Assembly (NCBI GenBank): GCA_030390025.1
Contig: CM059432.1
Location: 143,160,001-143,224,000, forward strand
Direction: 5' to 3'
From: Squalus acanthias
Lineage: Eukaryota
DNA length: 64,000 nucleotides
The position numbers and the translations under genes were made by a program. Shown piece after piece: positions 1 to 13,048 of the stretch; the stretch's first letter is position 1, and every line of letters starts with the position of its first letter. Below the pieces are notes generated by a model. That model was given only the letters and a program-made list of their open reading frames with translations. It was not told the origin of the DNA and made no database searches.

Positions 1-850
1 CTCAGATAATGAAGCAGTCCATGCCCACATGCAACAAGACCTGGACAACATTCAGGCTTGGGATAATAATTGGCAGGTAACATTCGCGCCACAGAAGTGC
101 CAGGCAATGACTATCTCCAACAAGCGAGAGTCTAACCACCTCCCCTTGACATTCAATGGCATTACCATCACCGAATCCCCCACCATCAACATCCTGGGGG
201 GGTCACCATTGACCAGAAACTTAACTGGACGAGCCACATAAATATTGTGGCAACAAGAGCAGGTCAAAGACTAGGTATTCTGCGGTGAGTGTCTCGCCTC
301 CTGACTCCCAAAGCCTTTCCACCATCTACAAGGCACAAGTAAGGAGTGTGATCCACTTGCCTGGATGAGTACAGCTCAAACAACACTCAAGAAGCTCGAC
401 ACCATCCAGGACAAAGCAGCCCGTTTGATTGGCACCCCATCCACCATCTTAAACATTCACTCCCTCCACCACCGGCGTACCGTGGCTGCAGTGTGTACCA
501 TCTACAAGATGCACTGCAGCAACTCGCCAAGGCTTCTTTGGCAGCACCTCCCAAACCCACAACCTCTTCCACCTAGAAGGACAAGGGCAGCAGGTGCATG
601 GGAACACCACCACCTCCAAGTTCCTCTCCAAGTCACACACCATCCTGATTTAGAAGTATATCGGCCGATCCTTCATCGTCGCTGTGTCAAAATCCTGGAA
701 CTCCCTACCTAACAGCACAGTGGGAGTACCATCACCACACGGACTGCAGCGGTTCAAGAAGGCGGTTCACCACCACCTTCTCAAGGGCAACTAGGGATGG
801 GCAATAAATGTTGGCCTTTCCAGTGCTGCCCAGATCCCATTAAAAAAAAA
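1..850 (+). mobile_element. 3' part of a LINE (RTE-X-like, clade inferred), running off the left window edge
   Basis: Decayed RT C-terminus (IQAWDNNWQVTFAPQKCQAM; LDTIQDKAARLIG; HRRTVAAVCTIYKMHC) and tail gggatgggcaataaatg...atccca followed by poly-A. Confidence 0.8.
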
Positions 851-3800
851 CTCCCTCTATGGCAAGTATATCCATCCTTAGGTAAGGAGATCAAAACTGT
901 ACACAATACTCCAGCCCTATATAATTGAAGTAAGACGTCTTTACTCTTATACTCAAATCCTCATGTAATAAAGGCCAACATACCATTTGCTTTCCTAATT
1001 GCTTGCCATACCTGCATGTTAACTTTCAGTGATTTGTATACAAGGACACCCAGGTCCCTCTGAACACCAACATTTCCCAATCTCTCACCATTTAAAAAAT
1101 ACTCTGCTTTTCTATTTTTCCTACCAAAGTGGATAACTTCACATTTCTCCACATTATATTCCATTTGCCATGTTCTTGCCCACTCACTTAGCTTGTCTAT
1201 ATCCCCTTGAAGCCTCTTTGCATTCTCCTCACAACTTACATTCCCACCCAGCTTTGTATCATCAGCAAACTTGGATATATTACATTTGGTCCCCTCATCC
1301 AAATCATTGATGTGGATTGTGAATAGCTGATGCCCAAGCACTGATCCTTGCGGTACCCCACTAGTTACATCCTGCCAACCCGAAAATGACCCGCTTATTC
1401 CTACTCTCTGTTTTCTGTCCGTTAACCAATCCTCAATCCATGCTAGTATATTACCCCCGATCCCATGAGCCCTAATTTTGTTTAATAACCTCTTGTGTGG
1501 CACCTTATCGAATGCCTTCTGAAAATCCAAATACACCACATCCACTGGTTCCCCCTTATCTATTCTACTAGTTACAACCTCAAAAACTCTAACAGATTTG
1601 TCAAACATGATTTCCCTTTCATAAAGTGTGTACCATCTACAAGATACACAGCAGCAACTCACCAAGGCTCCTTCTGCAGCAGCTCTCAAACCTGTGACTC
1701 TACCACCTAGATATACAAGAGCAGCAGGCGCATGGGAACACCATCACATCCAAGTTCCCCTCCAAGTCACACACCATCCTGACTTGAAAGTATATTGCCT
1801 GATCCTTCATCGTCATTGGGTCAAAATCCTGGAACTCCCTACCCAACAGCACTGTGGGAGTACCTTCACCACACGGACTGCAGCGGTTCAAGAGGTGGCT
1901 CATCACCACCTTCTCAAGGGCAGTTAGGGTTGGGCAATAAATTCTGGCCTTGCCAGTGATGCCCAGATCCCATGAACGAATAAATAGAAATCCGTGTTGA
2001 CTCTGCCCAATCCTATTATTATTTTCTAAGTGTCATGTTACCACGTCCTTAATAATAGATTCTAGCATTTTCTCTACTACCGATGTCAGGCTAACTGGTC
2101 TGTAGTTCTCCCTTTTCTCTCTCCCTCCTTTCTTAAATAGTGGGGTTACATTTGCCACCTTCCAATCCGCGGGAACCATTCCAGAATCTATGGAATTTTG
2201 GAAAATGACATCCAATGCATCCACTATCTCTATAGCCACCTCTTTTAAAACCCAAGGATGTAGGCCATCGGGTCATGGGGATTTATCAGCTTTCAGTCCC
2301 ATTATTTTCTCCAGTACTATTTTTTTACTAATACTAATTTCTTTCAGTTCCTCATTCTTGCTAGAGCCTTGGTTCTCCATTATTTCCGGGAAGTTTTTTG
2401 CGTCTTCTTCCGTGAAGACATACAGAAAGTATTTGTTTAATTTCCCTGCCATTTCCTTATTGCCCATTATAAATTCACCTGTCTCAGCCTCTAAGGGACC
2501 CACATTTACTTTTGCTAATCTTTTCCTTTTTACATACCTAAAGAAGCTTTTACAGTCTGTTTTTATGTCTCTCACTAGTTTACTCTCATATTCTATTGTC
2601 CCTTTCTTTATCAATTTTTTGGTCCTCCTTTGTTAAATTCTAAAATCCTCCCAATTCTCAGGCTTACTACTCTTTTTGGCAAAATTATAAGCCTCTTCCT
2701 TTGATCTAATACTACCTTTAACTACTCTTGTTAGCCACAGTTGGACCACTTTTCCTGTGGGGTTTTTGTGCCTTAAAGGAATGTATATTTGTTGGAAATT
2801 ATGTATTAATTCTTTAAATGCTAGCCATTGCTTGTTTACCGTCATACCTTTTAGTGTAGTTTCCCAATCTACCGTAGCCAACTCACCCCTCATACCTACG
2901 TAGTTTGCTTTGTTTAGATTTAAGACCCTAGTTTCGGATTTAACTAAATCACTTTCAAACTCAATATAAAATTCTATCATATTATGGTCACTCTTCCCTG
3001 AAGGCCCCTTTACTACAAGGTTATTAATTAACCCATTCTCATTGCACAATACCAGATCTAAAATAGCCTGTTCCCTAGTTGGTTCCTCAACATACTGATC
3101 TAGAAAACTATCTTGCATACATTCCATGAATTCGTCCTCCACACTATTACTGCAAATTTAGTTTGTCCAGTCTATATGTAGATTAAAGTCCCCCATGATC
3201 TCTGTATTACACTTGTTACATGTGCCTCTAATTTCCTGATTTATACTCTGCCCTACATTACAAACACTGTTTGGGGGCCTATAAACAACTCCGACCAATG
3301 TTTTCTGCCCCTTGCTGTTTCTTAGCTCCACCCAAACTGATTCTACTTCTTGATTTTCGGAGCTAAGATCCTTTCTCTCTACTGTCTTTATCCCATCCTT
3401 TATTATCAGAGCTACCCTCCTCCTTTTCCATTTTGCCTATCTCTTCTACAAGTTAAGTATCCTGGAATATTTAGTTCCCAACCTTGGCTACTTTGCAACC
3501 ACGTCTCCGTTATGACTATTAGATCAAACCTGTTCATTACTATCTGCGCTATTAATTCATCTATTTTGTTGCGAATGCTTCGCGCATTCATATATAGGGC
3601 CTTTAGCTTTGACTTATTTCTATTTTTCCCTGATGTCACCTTAGTCACTGATGCCTTATTACCTTTGTTACTCTTTCTGTCCCTTCCTGACCCACTCTGC
3701 TTATTTTTACCCAAAACTCCATTCTGCTCTACAGCCTTGACATTTCTCTCACTGCTTTTAAATTTGCTCTTTCCTGAATCCTCCCCCACCCCGCCCTCCC

Positions 3801-4690
3801 CCCCCCCTTCATTAGTTTAAAGCCCTATCTACTGCCCTAGTTATTCGGTTCGCCAGGACACTGGTCCCAGTCCGGTTTAAGTGGAACCCATCCCAACGGA
3901 ACAGCTCCCTCTTTCCCCAGTACTGGTGCCAGTGCCCCATGAACTGAAACCCCTTCCTCCCACACCACTCTTTGAGCCACGCTTTAAACCTCTAATCTGT
4001 TTGTCCCTGTGCCAATTTGCGCGTGGTTCAGGTAACAATCCAGAGATGATTACGTTTGAGGTTCTGCTTTTTAATTTGGATTCTAGCTCCTCAAACTCCC
4101 TCAACAGAACCTTATTCCTAGTTCTACCTATGTTGTTGGTTCCTACGTGGACCACGACAACTGGATTCTCCCCCTCCCACTCCAAGTTCTCCTCCAGCCA
4201 CAAGGAGATGTCTTTAACCCTGGCACCAGGCAGGCAACACAACCTTCGGAACTCTCGGTCGCGGCTGCAGAGAACAGTATCTATCCCCCTGACTATACTG
4301 TCCCCTATCACAACTACATTCCCTTTCACTCCCCCCACTTGAATGGCCTCCTGCACCATGGTGCCATGGTCAGCTTGCTCATCCATCCTGCAGGCTTTTC
4401 CCTCATCCACACAGGCAGCAAGAACCTCATATCTGTTGGACAAGGGCAAAGGCTGAGGCTCCTCCAGCACTGCACCTGGGGTCCCCTTACCTGCCTGAGT
4501 TGCAGTCACACCCTCCTGTCCCTGACCACTAACCAGACCTGTACCACTACCTAACCTAAGGGGTGTGACTGCCTCCTGGATCAAAGTGTCCAGGTAACTC
4601 TCCCCATCCCTCATGCCCCGCAATGTCTGCACCTCAGACTCCAGCTCAAAACTCTGAGCTGAAGTTTCACAAGATGCAGGCACCTACTGC
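851..4690 (-). mobile_element. Near full-length decayed CR1 LINE (ORF1 with SGNH esterase; ORF2 APE endonuclease + RT)
   Basis: ORF1 has PLSNRY, VVIGDSIVRG and HVGTNN. The APE region has LYMNARSIRNK, ITETWL, LDLVL and SDH. The RT has [30 protein letters not shown] and KFADDTKL. Multiple stops and frameshifts. Confidence 0.95.
1626..1988 (+). mobile_element. RTE-X-like LINE 3' fragment nested in the CR1 RT
   Basis: Same sequence family as 490-850. It interrupts CR1 at ...ccctttcataaa|...|aaatccgtgttgac. Confidence 0.9.
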
Positions 4691-4694
4691 AAAT

Positions 4695-6356
4695 GTGGTT
4701 GTCGATGGCGGGTCGAGTAGGAAGGTGTTTTTTTCCCTAGCGGGTCGGGACCCCACTGTGAACCCACCACCACGCGCCTTTCCCAATGTCAGGTCTGTCA
4801 GTGCTGAGCAGACCCGACATGCAGTGGCAGGGGACCCAATTCAAGTAATTAGTGGACCACATCTGTCAAGCTGAGCTGGGAGTTCAGTGGCCATTGAATC
4901 AGCTGTTGAGTTGACAGCTTCAAATGTAAAGTAAAAGCTCCCACCTTACAGAGATATCTTCCCTCAGCCACAAGTTCTTCCTCACTGCATTTCCACAACA
5001 GATTCACCATGGTGCAAGTCTTTACACAAGTCTCCATCCAGTCTGACCTCATTACCTCTCTCACCATTGACAAATTGTTTCTGTCATCTCGACTTCACCT
5101 ATCATCTATTCCATCAGCATGGGTGCCCTTTATACTCTCTCAGCTTGGTCCTCAGAATCCCACCACGATCAGCCCCAACACCAGCAGCACCAGGCACACC
5201 AGCAGCACCAACAACAAGATCAACCTTCTCCGCAATCAACTGATGCTGCACAGGATAGAGGGCATCAGCACCCAACCACATTGCTGCCCGGGAGGCATGG
5301 GATGGCCTCATCATGGCCAGATTTACTTCACTTGACGCTGTACACCCTGGCTGCCACATGATGCGCCAGGTTGGCACCACCCCACACCAACAGCATAAAG
5401 CATCCCTGCAATGCCCAAGCCATTCCTTTCACACTCATCACCATTGCGGGGCTACCGTTATGTCTCACTACTCACTGCAACTCACTAAGCCACTTCCAAA
5501 GGTGCACACAAATCTGTCCAAGAACACAAAGTGTTGAAAATAAAGGTTTCAATGTTTAACACCACATTAACAGAAACTTTACATGAACTTTGCATAAAAT
5601 ACCCAAGTGCCTACCCTTGTGTGCTGTTAGTTGGTATGATTGCAGTAGGATGAGGGTGAGTGTGAGGGGTGGCTAGTGAGATGGGGATGTGATAATGTAG
5701 ATAGAGAGGGATGGGTGGAGGTGCAAGGTAAGTTGGTGTGAGTAAGGATGTGCAGGAGTAGGGTAGGGAAGGCAGAGTGATGGGGATGTGATGAGTGGTA
5801 CAGCAAGATGAGGTTGAGTGTGGCTTTGTACTAACGTTTCTTGATCTACTGAGATCATTGAAAGGTTTGTGGCACTGCACCCAGGTCCTCCTGACAACAT
5901 CTCTGCTTGTGCCCTCCTCTGCAATGTGCAACCAGGCTGTGTTGATCTCCTGGGGAGGTCTCCTTCCACCCATGGGAAGGGAAGAGGACCACCCTGCGTG
6001 CTGTGTCTCCCTCCATAAGCATATGGAGGGAGTCATGGGAGAGCCTGGGTTTAGCCCTGTGCCTTTGTGCAGTGATTGTCAGTGTTTGCAGCACCTCAAT
6101 GCTGTAGAACACTGACAGCACAAATGTCAAAATAAATTTGGACATGGTCCCTTTAAGGAAACCAGCTGATGACGCATCATCAAATGATGTCACCAGGCCC
6201 ACTTCCTCTAATTGGCCAGGAAACGCGCTGGGTGGGCTTAACAAGCCTCATCAAAGGAAATTCATTTTACACAGTGGGGAGGAGCCAGCAGCGGGGTCAG
6301 GACCCACCACCGACGTCGCCCACCATGGACCCACCGAGGTCAGCAAAATTGCGGCC
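4695..6356. mobile_element. Internally deleted PIF/Harbinger element with a Myb/SANT-like gene remnant (minus, about 5830-6060)
   Basis: Translation WLHIAEE..RRTWVQCHKPFNDL matches the trihelix Myb-like pattern W..IA....R...QC.K.F.DL. Right terminus aaaattgcggcc. Confidence 0.65.
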
Positions 6357-6359
6357 ACA

Positions 6360-6918
6360 GAGTCTAAACCAGGAAGTATAAATTAGAATATTTAATTCAA
6401 TGTAAAATCATGTATCGAAAGTGAAATAAAGTGAGGGAAAGAAAGATGGGATTAAGAGAGAGATAAAAGAGACAGAAAGAAAAAGTAAAAAGATTATTTT
6501 AATTTTTATATTTTTAAATCTCCAACAATAATTAAATTCTGAAGGAATGAGACACCACACTTGTAAAATTAAATTTTCAGTGCCAGAGATGTTGTTTTGT
6601 AGTCATTAAAATTTATCACGCCGTTAAAAATTCACTTACACCTGAATGCACCAGCCCTAACTTTTTCTGGCGAGTTCAGTGGGTATCTAGTGGCTAAATA
6701 CCGCAACTTCACACCCTACATTTGCTTTAATGCCAAATCTCTCGGCGAGATACCGGTGTAGCGAAGCTTGTGGAGGAGCAGGGTAACTCAGACAGCAACT
6801 TCTGGATTTCCACGATTAACTGCGCATGTGTGGACACCGGAAGTTGCTGTCCGATTTATTCCATAATAACCGTGAGCACTGGTAAACTCACCGTTATTCC
6901 TATCGCAAAATCCAGGCC
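6360..6918. mobile_element. MITE (family B), partial
   Basis: Shares ccaggaagt, the AT-rich core, ttttcagtgcc, tgcgcatg, ggaagttgc and terminus aaatccaggcc with 19144-19857 and, inverted, with 29400-30171. Confidence 0.7.
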
Positions 6919-7244
6919 GATGTTTTCAAATACTGCAGTGTATCCAAGCACTTCAGTGGGGGGTGTTGGTGCCCCTGGTGGTCTTGTGGTGGTATAGCTT
7001 TGGCTTTACATAATTCCATCATTTGAACCTTCCAAAATCCAGGAGAATCCCCAGTAAGAGGTGAAGCTTGAGCAGACAAATTATTCTCAGTATGTCCTTC
7101 TTACCCATCCAACGCTACCACAATTTGGTCACATGATTCACAATCTAATAGGCCAGTTGAAACCATTAACCTGTTGGTTAACAGTCAATCAGTCTGGCAT
7201 TTTAGTTACTTGGATACGACAGCGGTGAGGTACTAACTCTTACA

Positions 7245-7392
7245 GAAAAGAAAGACTTGCATTTATATAGCGCCTTCACAATCTCAGGATGTCCCAAAGC
7301 ACTTCACGGTAAATTGAGTACTTTTGAAATGTAGTCACTGTTGCAATGCAGGAAACGCGGCAGCCAATTTGTGCACAGCAAGCTCCCACAAA
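7245..7392 (-). mobile_element. DeuSINE 3' fragment
   Basis: aaagacttgcatttatatagcgcc...agctcccacaaac tail. Confidence 0.85.
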
Positions 7393-7472
7393 CACCTCTT
7401 TAAGCTATAGAGTAGCTCTCAAAGCCTGGCTGGATCTCATACTAAACATATGCAAAGTCAGTATTTGATATA

Positions 7473-7855
7473 AGGAAAGATTTGCATTTATATGAAGCCT
7501 TTCCATCCCAAAGCACTTTACAGCCAATGTAGTACTTTTTGAAATGTAGTCACTGTAGTAATGTAGAAAACGCTGCAGCCAACTGGCGCACAGCAAGCTC
7601 CCACAAACAGCAATGTGATAATGACCAGATAATCTGTTTTAGTGATATTGGTTAGAGGAATAAATATTGGCACCAGGACACCGGGAGAACTCCCCTGCTC
7701 TTTGTTGAATAGTGCTATGGAATCTACCTGAGAGGGCAGACAGGGCCCTGAAATGTCAGCCTGGATTTTGTGCTTAAGTCTCTGGAGTGTGGCTCAAACC
7801 CACAACCTTCTGACTCAGAGGCGAGAGTGCTACCAACTGAGCCACAGCTGACACC
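7473..7855 (-). mobile_element. tRNA-headed DeuSINE (SacSINE1-like), internally deleted
   Basis: A/B-box head, part of the Deu domain, and an L2-type tail. Confidence 0.85.
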
Positions 7856-8965
7856 ATATGCTTGTCACCAATGCCCTTCACTCTGCTCCCACAGCTGCTG
7901 GCCTGCTCGCTGTCAATGGCCCCTTCTCCTGTTTGATGCATTGTAAATTGGCGTGGTCATATCTGGGACTCAACTATGTCAATCTTCATGTCTTTATCAT
8001 TTGGATGAGGTGGAAATAAACTGGTCTTTGAAGCTGGTGTATCGCCAAAGCAATGGCAATTTGTTTAAAGTTGCTCTCAGCTCCCAATTAAACAATCAGA
8101 GCAAAGAAGCAGAAGAAAAAGAAAAGGTCCATTAAAAATGTCACCGTTAAAAATAGGGGACAGAAAAAGAGTTAAAATTAAAAAATGGAACAGAGAGAAT
8201 ATTTTAAGTTATGACTAATATTAAAGTAATAAAGCTATTCCTAGCAAATCTCTAGTAATCGTATTCTTGTCAGAAACTCACAAAACTGTTGGGCTCTGCT
8301 GGCAGTGCAAGGGTTAAACTTAATGAGTTCACCAGTACAGAATAGCATTACAGTAGAACAGAGCAGCATGACTATTTTGCTGTAAAAGAAGCAGTATCCT
8401 ATGTGCTGGGACTGTCATTTTATTTGATATATTATTTATGATGAGCATTTTATACAATGCAATTTAGATATCAAAGTGATGAAAATATGCTGACTGGCAG
8501 AATATCCCATTACATTATCCACAGAAAGGTTGGCTTGAGCATCTGTTGGTACCATAAAGCTACGCGTATGTGATGCTAAGGCAATCCGTCACAGGAGCAC
8601 CAGCTTTGTGCTTGTAAATCAGACAGTAAAATATCTCATCTGTTCATGCATACTTTGTAAAAAAAAAAGTTGTAAATTTCAAAACCGTGAATATGAACAG
8701 ATTTTGCTCAGAAAATGTTTTGTAGAGTAGTGTTTAAAACAAGCGGTGATCTCAATTTGAAATATTAAAGAACGATGTAAAATCAATCTGTACCTAACTC
8801 AGTTTTGATACATTATGATTAAACAACTGGACACTAGAGTGAATCGATTCATATTTTATACCTTTATCCAGCAGCATAATTCTCCATCAGTGTAGGAGTT
8901 TATACTTCTGAATAACCTTTCAAAAAAAAATGTTTATATTCTAGTCATCAGCAAACAAATTAAAA

Positions 8966-9390
8966 TATTAGCTCTTGTCTCTGAGTCAGAAGGTTGTGGG
9001 TTCCAGTCTCACTCCAGAGACTTGAGCACATAATCTGGACTGACACTCCCAGTGTAGTACTGAGGGAGTGCTGCACTGTTGGAGGTGCTGTTTTTCAGAT
9101 GAGATGTTAAACTGAGGCCCTGTCTGCGCTCTATTAGGTGGATGTAAAAAAAAACACTGCACTATTTGAGGAGCAGGGGAGTTCTCCCAGGTGTCCAAGG
9201 CCAACATTTATCCCTCAACCAACATCACTAAAACAGATTGTCTGGTCATTATCACATTGCTGTTTGTGGGACCTTGCTGTGCGCAAATTGGCTGCTGTGT
9301 TTCCTACATTACAACAGTGACTACACTTCAAAAAACACTTTGTTGATTGTAAAACGCTTTGGGACATTCTGAGGTCATGAAATGTAAGCT
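8966..9390 (+). mobile_element. DeuSINE
   Basis: ctctgagtcagaaggttgtgggtt...gatgagatgttaaac...ggatgtaaaa...tttgggacattctgagg. Confidence 0.85.
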
Positions 9391-11112
9391 CTTCGTTATT
9401 AGCAATTTTGCCAGGAATGTATTAGCCTGATTGTAGTGCAGTGGAATTAAATATAGAACTCTGACTGAAACCTAATGACTGCAATAAGACAGCATTATTT
9501 TGAATACTGGACTAGTGAAAGTAAGATACTACAGTTTTGTAAACACTTAGAATGCAATTGAAAGAGCACTTTATTTTAAACCAATTGTTTCTTCGTTAAA
9601 CCATTGAACATATCAGTAGAATAAACATGACACATTTGAATAAGGCATTAAATACTTGCATTAAATATGTCGATATACAATTAATACTTATACAGTAATA
9701 TAATTGGTAGGGCTAATCATTTTTCATAGCTGGCACAGGTTGCCTGGGTACTGTGTAATTGGAAAGGGCCTGTGTAATTAATCTGCCAATGTACTGCTGT
9801 GGTACAGAGACACACAGCAACCATTGCCTTCAAGGACGAGGAATCACACACAAGTTTAAATCTGTGGGCCTCACTCAGGTAGTGTTGGGCCCTATGTCTG
9901 GTGGAGGAAGCATAGAGCCAGGGCGGAGGAGCACATGGGAATGGAAAAGGAGGAGCTCCTGTGCGCCAAAACTGAGAGGATGAGCTGGGAGCTGAGGTGT
10001 CCGGGTGAGGATCCAGCCTGCTGAGTACGAGCTGCCAGCTGTGGGGTCGAATTCAGTATCAGGAATTGGGGAGTGAAGACGAGATGATTAAACAGGAATT
10101 GGAGCAGCTTCAAGAAGCAAGTCTTATTAGGGTAAGGAAAATGTAGAAAATCATGTCTTGAAGATTCTGTATATAATTTTTGTTTTTAATTATTATTAAG
10201 TTAGTCCCCTTTTAGGACCCCAAACCTTGCTAGCCAGGTTCCTCCAATAAGGAAACAAGGTAAGACTCACCCGAAGTTCTCAAGGCCCTCACTCTATAGC
10301 TGGTGTCTATAGCTGGGGGCACAAGAGGCTGTGAGAACTTTCTGGTGGGGTACAGCCCAAACTAATTGGAGAACCACTGGGCTAGAATAGAATGAGACAA
10401 TAGACATCGGTGGGCAACAAGTGTTTCCTTGCTGCAAATGTTTCTGTCATTGTATTCTTTTAATGAATCCCACGTATAACCTGTGAAATTTGTCTTGTTT
10501 GATTGTGTAAAGACCATGAAGAATGTACAGCCCTAGTCATTGGTTTGCACTTTAGGAACAATTGCATTTTATCTTTAAAAACAAATGTATATACTGCAAG
10601 TTTAAAGTAACATTTATTTGCATATTATTTGTAACAAAGAACAGTGATGTATAAATACAGTGTAAGAACAAAATAACACACTGATGGTACAGTCCTGCTC
10701 AACTGGCAACGCCTTTTCTGGAGTGGAGAGGTGTAAAATATCTATATAAAACGCAATCAAATCTATTCGAGATCCCTTTTAATATTGGTTGCAATTCTGG
10801 TAGATTGGATTGAATTAACCTGCAGTTAATTCACCAGAGGTACTACAGACACTTGTGGTAGTGAATAGCTCAAATCATTGGTGCACAAGTCACACTCAGA
10901 GAAACAGGACTTTGCAGTCTGTAAAATGAATCATAGAATCTTACAGCAAAGGAAGAGGCCATTCGGCCCATCTGCCAGCTCTTTGAACGAGCTATCCAAG
11001 AAATGGCTTAATATCACTAAGTAATCACTTGGCTTTTAAATGTTTTTTTTTATAAATCAAGACCTCACAAATGTTGAAAAGCTATTGGTTTTCATTTGGA
11101 TTAGACCAAGGC

Positions 11113-11129
11113 ACCAAAGTTAAATGTGT

Positions 11130-11160
<31 letters not shown>

Positions 11161-11294
11161 GGGGGGGGGGGGAGGGGGGGGTAGAGAGATCACCTCGGGT
11201 CCGCACTGAATTCTTAACTCACCTGTTCTCTCCACAGATACTGACTGACCTGCTGAGTGTTCTCAGCGATTCCTTTTTGTACCAAAGTTAAATG
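11113..11294 (+). mobile_element. Penelope-tail fragment with (TG)n and poly-G, between 14-bp direct repeats
   Basis: accaaagttaaatg occurs at 11113-11126 and 11281-11294. Internal tail tctccacagatactgactgacctgctgag. Confidence 0.6.
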
Positions 11295-11439
11295 CTCCTG
11301 ATGAAGAACACACGTTTGATGTTCTATAAAACACAAATAAATTAAGCACTCTAAATAGCAACGAGGGAAAATAACCCTTTTTTTAAAAAGGGAAAGGCTT
11401 ACAAAAGTTTAATTTGGAATTAGCCTTATATGCATGAGT

Positions 11440-11820
11440 TTAGAGGGTTGAGGGGTGATCTAATCAAGGTGTTTAAAATGATAAATAGGGTAGATACGGA
11501 GAAACTATTTCTTCTGGTGGGGGGAGTCCAGAACAAGGGAACACAATCTTAAAATTAGAGCCAGGCCATTCAGAGGTGATGTCAGGAAGCACTTCTTCAC
11601 ACAAAGGGTAGTGGAAATCTGGAACTCTCTCCCCTGAAAGGCTGTGGTTGCTGAGGGTCAAATGATTTTTTCAAGAATGAGATAACAGAGTTTTATTAGG
11701 TAAGGATTTCAAGGGATGTGGATCAAAGGCAGGAAATGGGGTTAAGATACAGATCAGCCATGATCTATTTAAATGGCGGAACAGGCTCGAGGGGCTGAAT
11801 GGCCTCCTCCTGTTCCCGTG
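11440..11820 (+). mobile_element. CR1 3' end
   Basis: RLRGDLI..FK, HFFTQRVV remnants and tail ggctgaatggcctcctcctg. Confidence 0.85.
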
Positions 11821-12176
11821 AACAGGTCAGAGTGCATAAACTAACAAGAACATCACTTGCGGGGTTGGGGTGGGGGAATAACTGGATCTGTGAATCTTTT
11901 CAAAGTTCAGAAATATTGACAGACTGAACCCAGGCAGGGGTAAAATGATCTACGGATAGTTGCTCAATCTAATATCTTGGGTGGGAGGACAGAATGGTGA
12001 ACTTTGCTTAGGAATACTCATTTTCTCTTCCCTGATTTCCCTTACAGAAGACTGGAGGAGTGGGAATTTGATGGGATGTTGTGGTTATTTCACATTCGAC
12101 AGTTTTAGAATTATAACCTGTGTGAAGAACAAATTATATATATATATATATTTAATGTTTACAACATAGAATACCA

Positions 12177-12965
12177 TTAATCAATCGTTATCGTCTCCTC
12201 TGCATCGAGTGGGAAACGTTGGGTCGAACTGTTGGGACCTGGGGATCTCAGGCGAAAGTTAAACGACCCATAAATCTTCCCAGGTCTCCCAACAGATGAA
12301 AACCTCTGCCTCCGGTATAACTCGCCTCTGCAGATAGATATCATTAACAAGGTGGAGAGGAGCATGCCCCCGAGGGTCAGCAGGCCAAGCCCAGCGATGA
12401 CACACCTGTCCAGGTGGGCACCCACCCGGGCGCTTTCCCCCTGCAGCCTCTCCATCTCCCGGGCTGAAACACTGTCCGGATTCACAGTCACGTCGCGGGG
12501 GATCACGTAGGAGATGATGACCAGCGTGATCCCGCTGAAAAGGCAGAGCAGAGCGCTGATGAAGCCATAATCCACTGACGAGTCCGAGCTCTCGGATGAG
12601 CTGTCATCGTCAGACACTATTGAGAGTTCTTGCAAGCCGTCGGGTGCGTGCCTGGTCTCGCTGGAGGAGCCGTGGTAGGACTGGATGGTGTAGCTCTTGT
12701 CGGACAGGGGGGAGCTTGCACGTTGCAAGTTAACATTTTCATCAACATATGCGAAAGATGTCTCCAGTTCCTGGTCGCAACACACCTTGATGTCCTTTGC
12801 GCTCAGGTGCTGGTGGTGCCCGTGTTTATAAGGCTCATAGGGAGCTGTCCCTGGTGCTGAACTCGGGAGGTGCGGGTAGGAAGCGTGCAGTCCCCAATCC
12901 AATTCTTTCCATGCACCGGGGTGACTTCTTCCCTCGCCCAGGAAAACTAATTCAACAGAAGCCAT
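12177..12965 (-). CDS. TMEM74: TMEM74-family (TMEM74/TMEM74B-like) two-transmembrane protein, 262 aa, single coding exon
   Basis: The intact ORF carries family motifs CCDQELETSFAYVDENVNL, SVDYGFISALLCLFSGITLVIISYVIPRDVTVNPDSVSAREMERL, GAHLDRCVIAGLGLLTLGGMLLS and GELYRR..KIYGSFNFR, plus two hydrophobic helices. Which paralog it is remains uncertain. Confidence 0.93.
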   Translation of the reverse strand: MASVELVFLGEGRSHPGAWKELDWGLHASYPHLPSSAPGTAPYEPYKHGHHQHLSAKDIKVCCDQELETSFAYVDENVNLQRASSPLSDKSYTIQSYHGSSSETRHAPDGLQELSIVSDDDSSSESSDSSVDYGFISALLCLFSGITLVIISYVIPRDVTVNPDSVSAREMERLQGESARVGAHLDRCVIAGLGLLTLGGMLLSTLLMISICRGELYRRQRFSSVGRPGKIYGSFNFRLRSPGPNSSTQRFPLDAEETITID

Positions 12966-13048
12966 TGGAAAATGTGCTCTCTCCCTCCCTCCCTCCCTTC
13001 CGAATCAGTGGGTGTCCTTCAAGACATCGCTGAACGAAACCCAGCTAC

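Noticed and set aside
961..1689. 242-aa RT ORF as a functional gene
   Set aside because: It is a chimera: the start comes from the antisense strand of a nested LINE fragment and the rest is broken CR1 ORF2.
8080..8220. Lys/Arg-rich open frame after an AG as a terminal exon of a plus-strand gene
   Set aside because: A-rich low complexity explains it, and I recognise no homology or partner exons.
11298..11332. ctgatga-agaac...gttct as another hammerhead
   Set aside because: A stem is present, but it is followed by ataaaac rather than GAAA, and there is no stem I or III.
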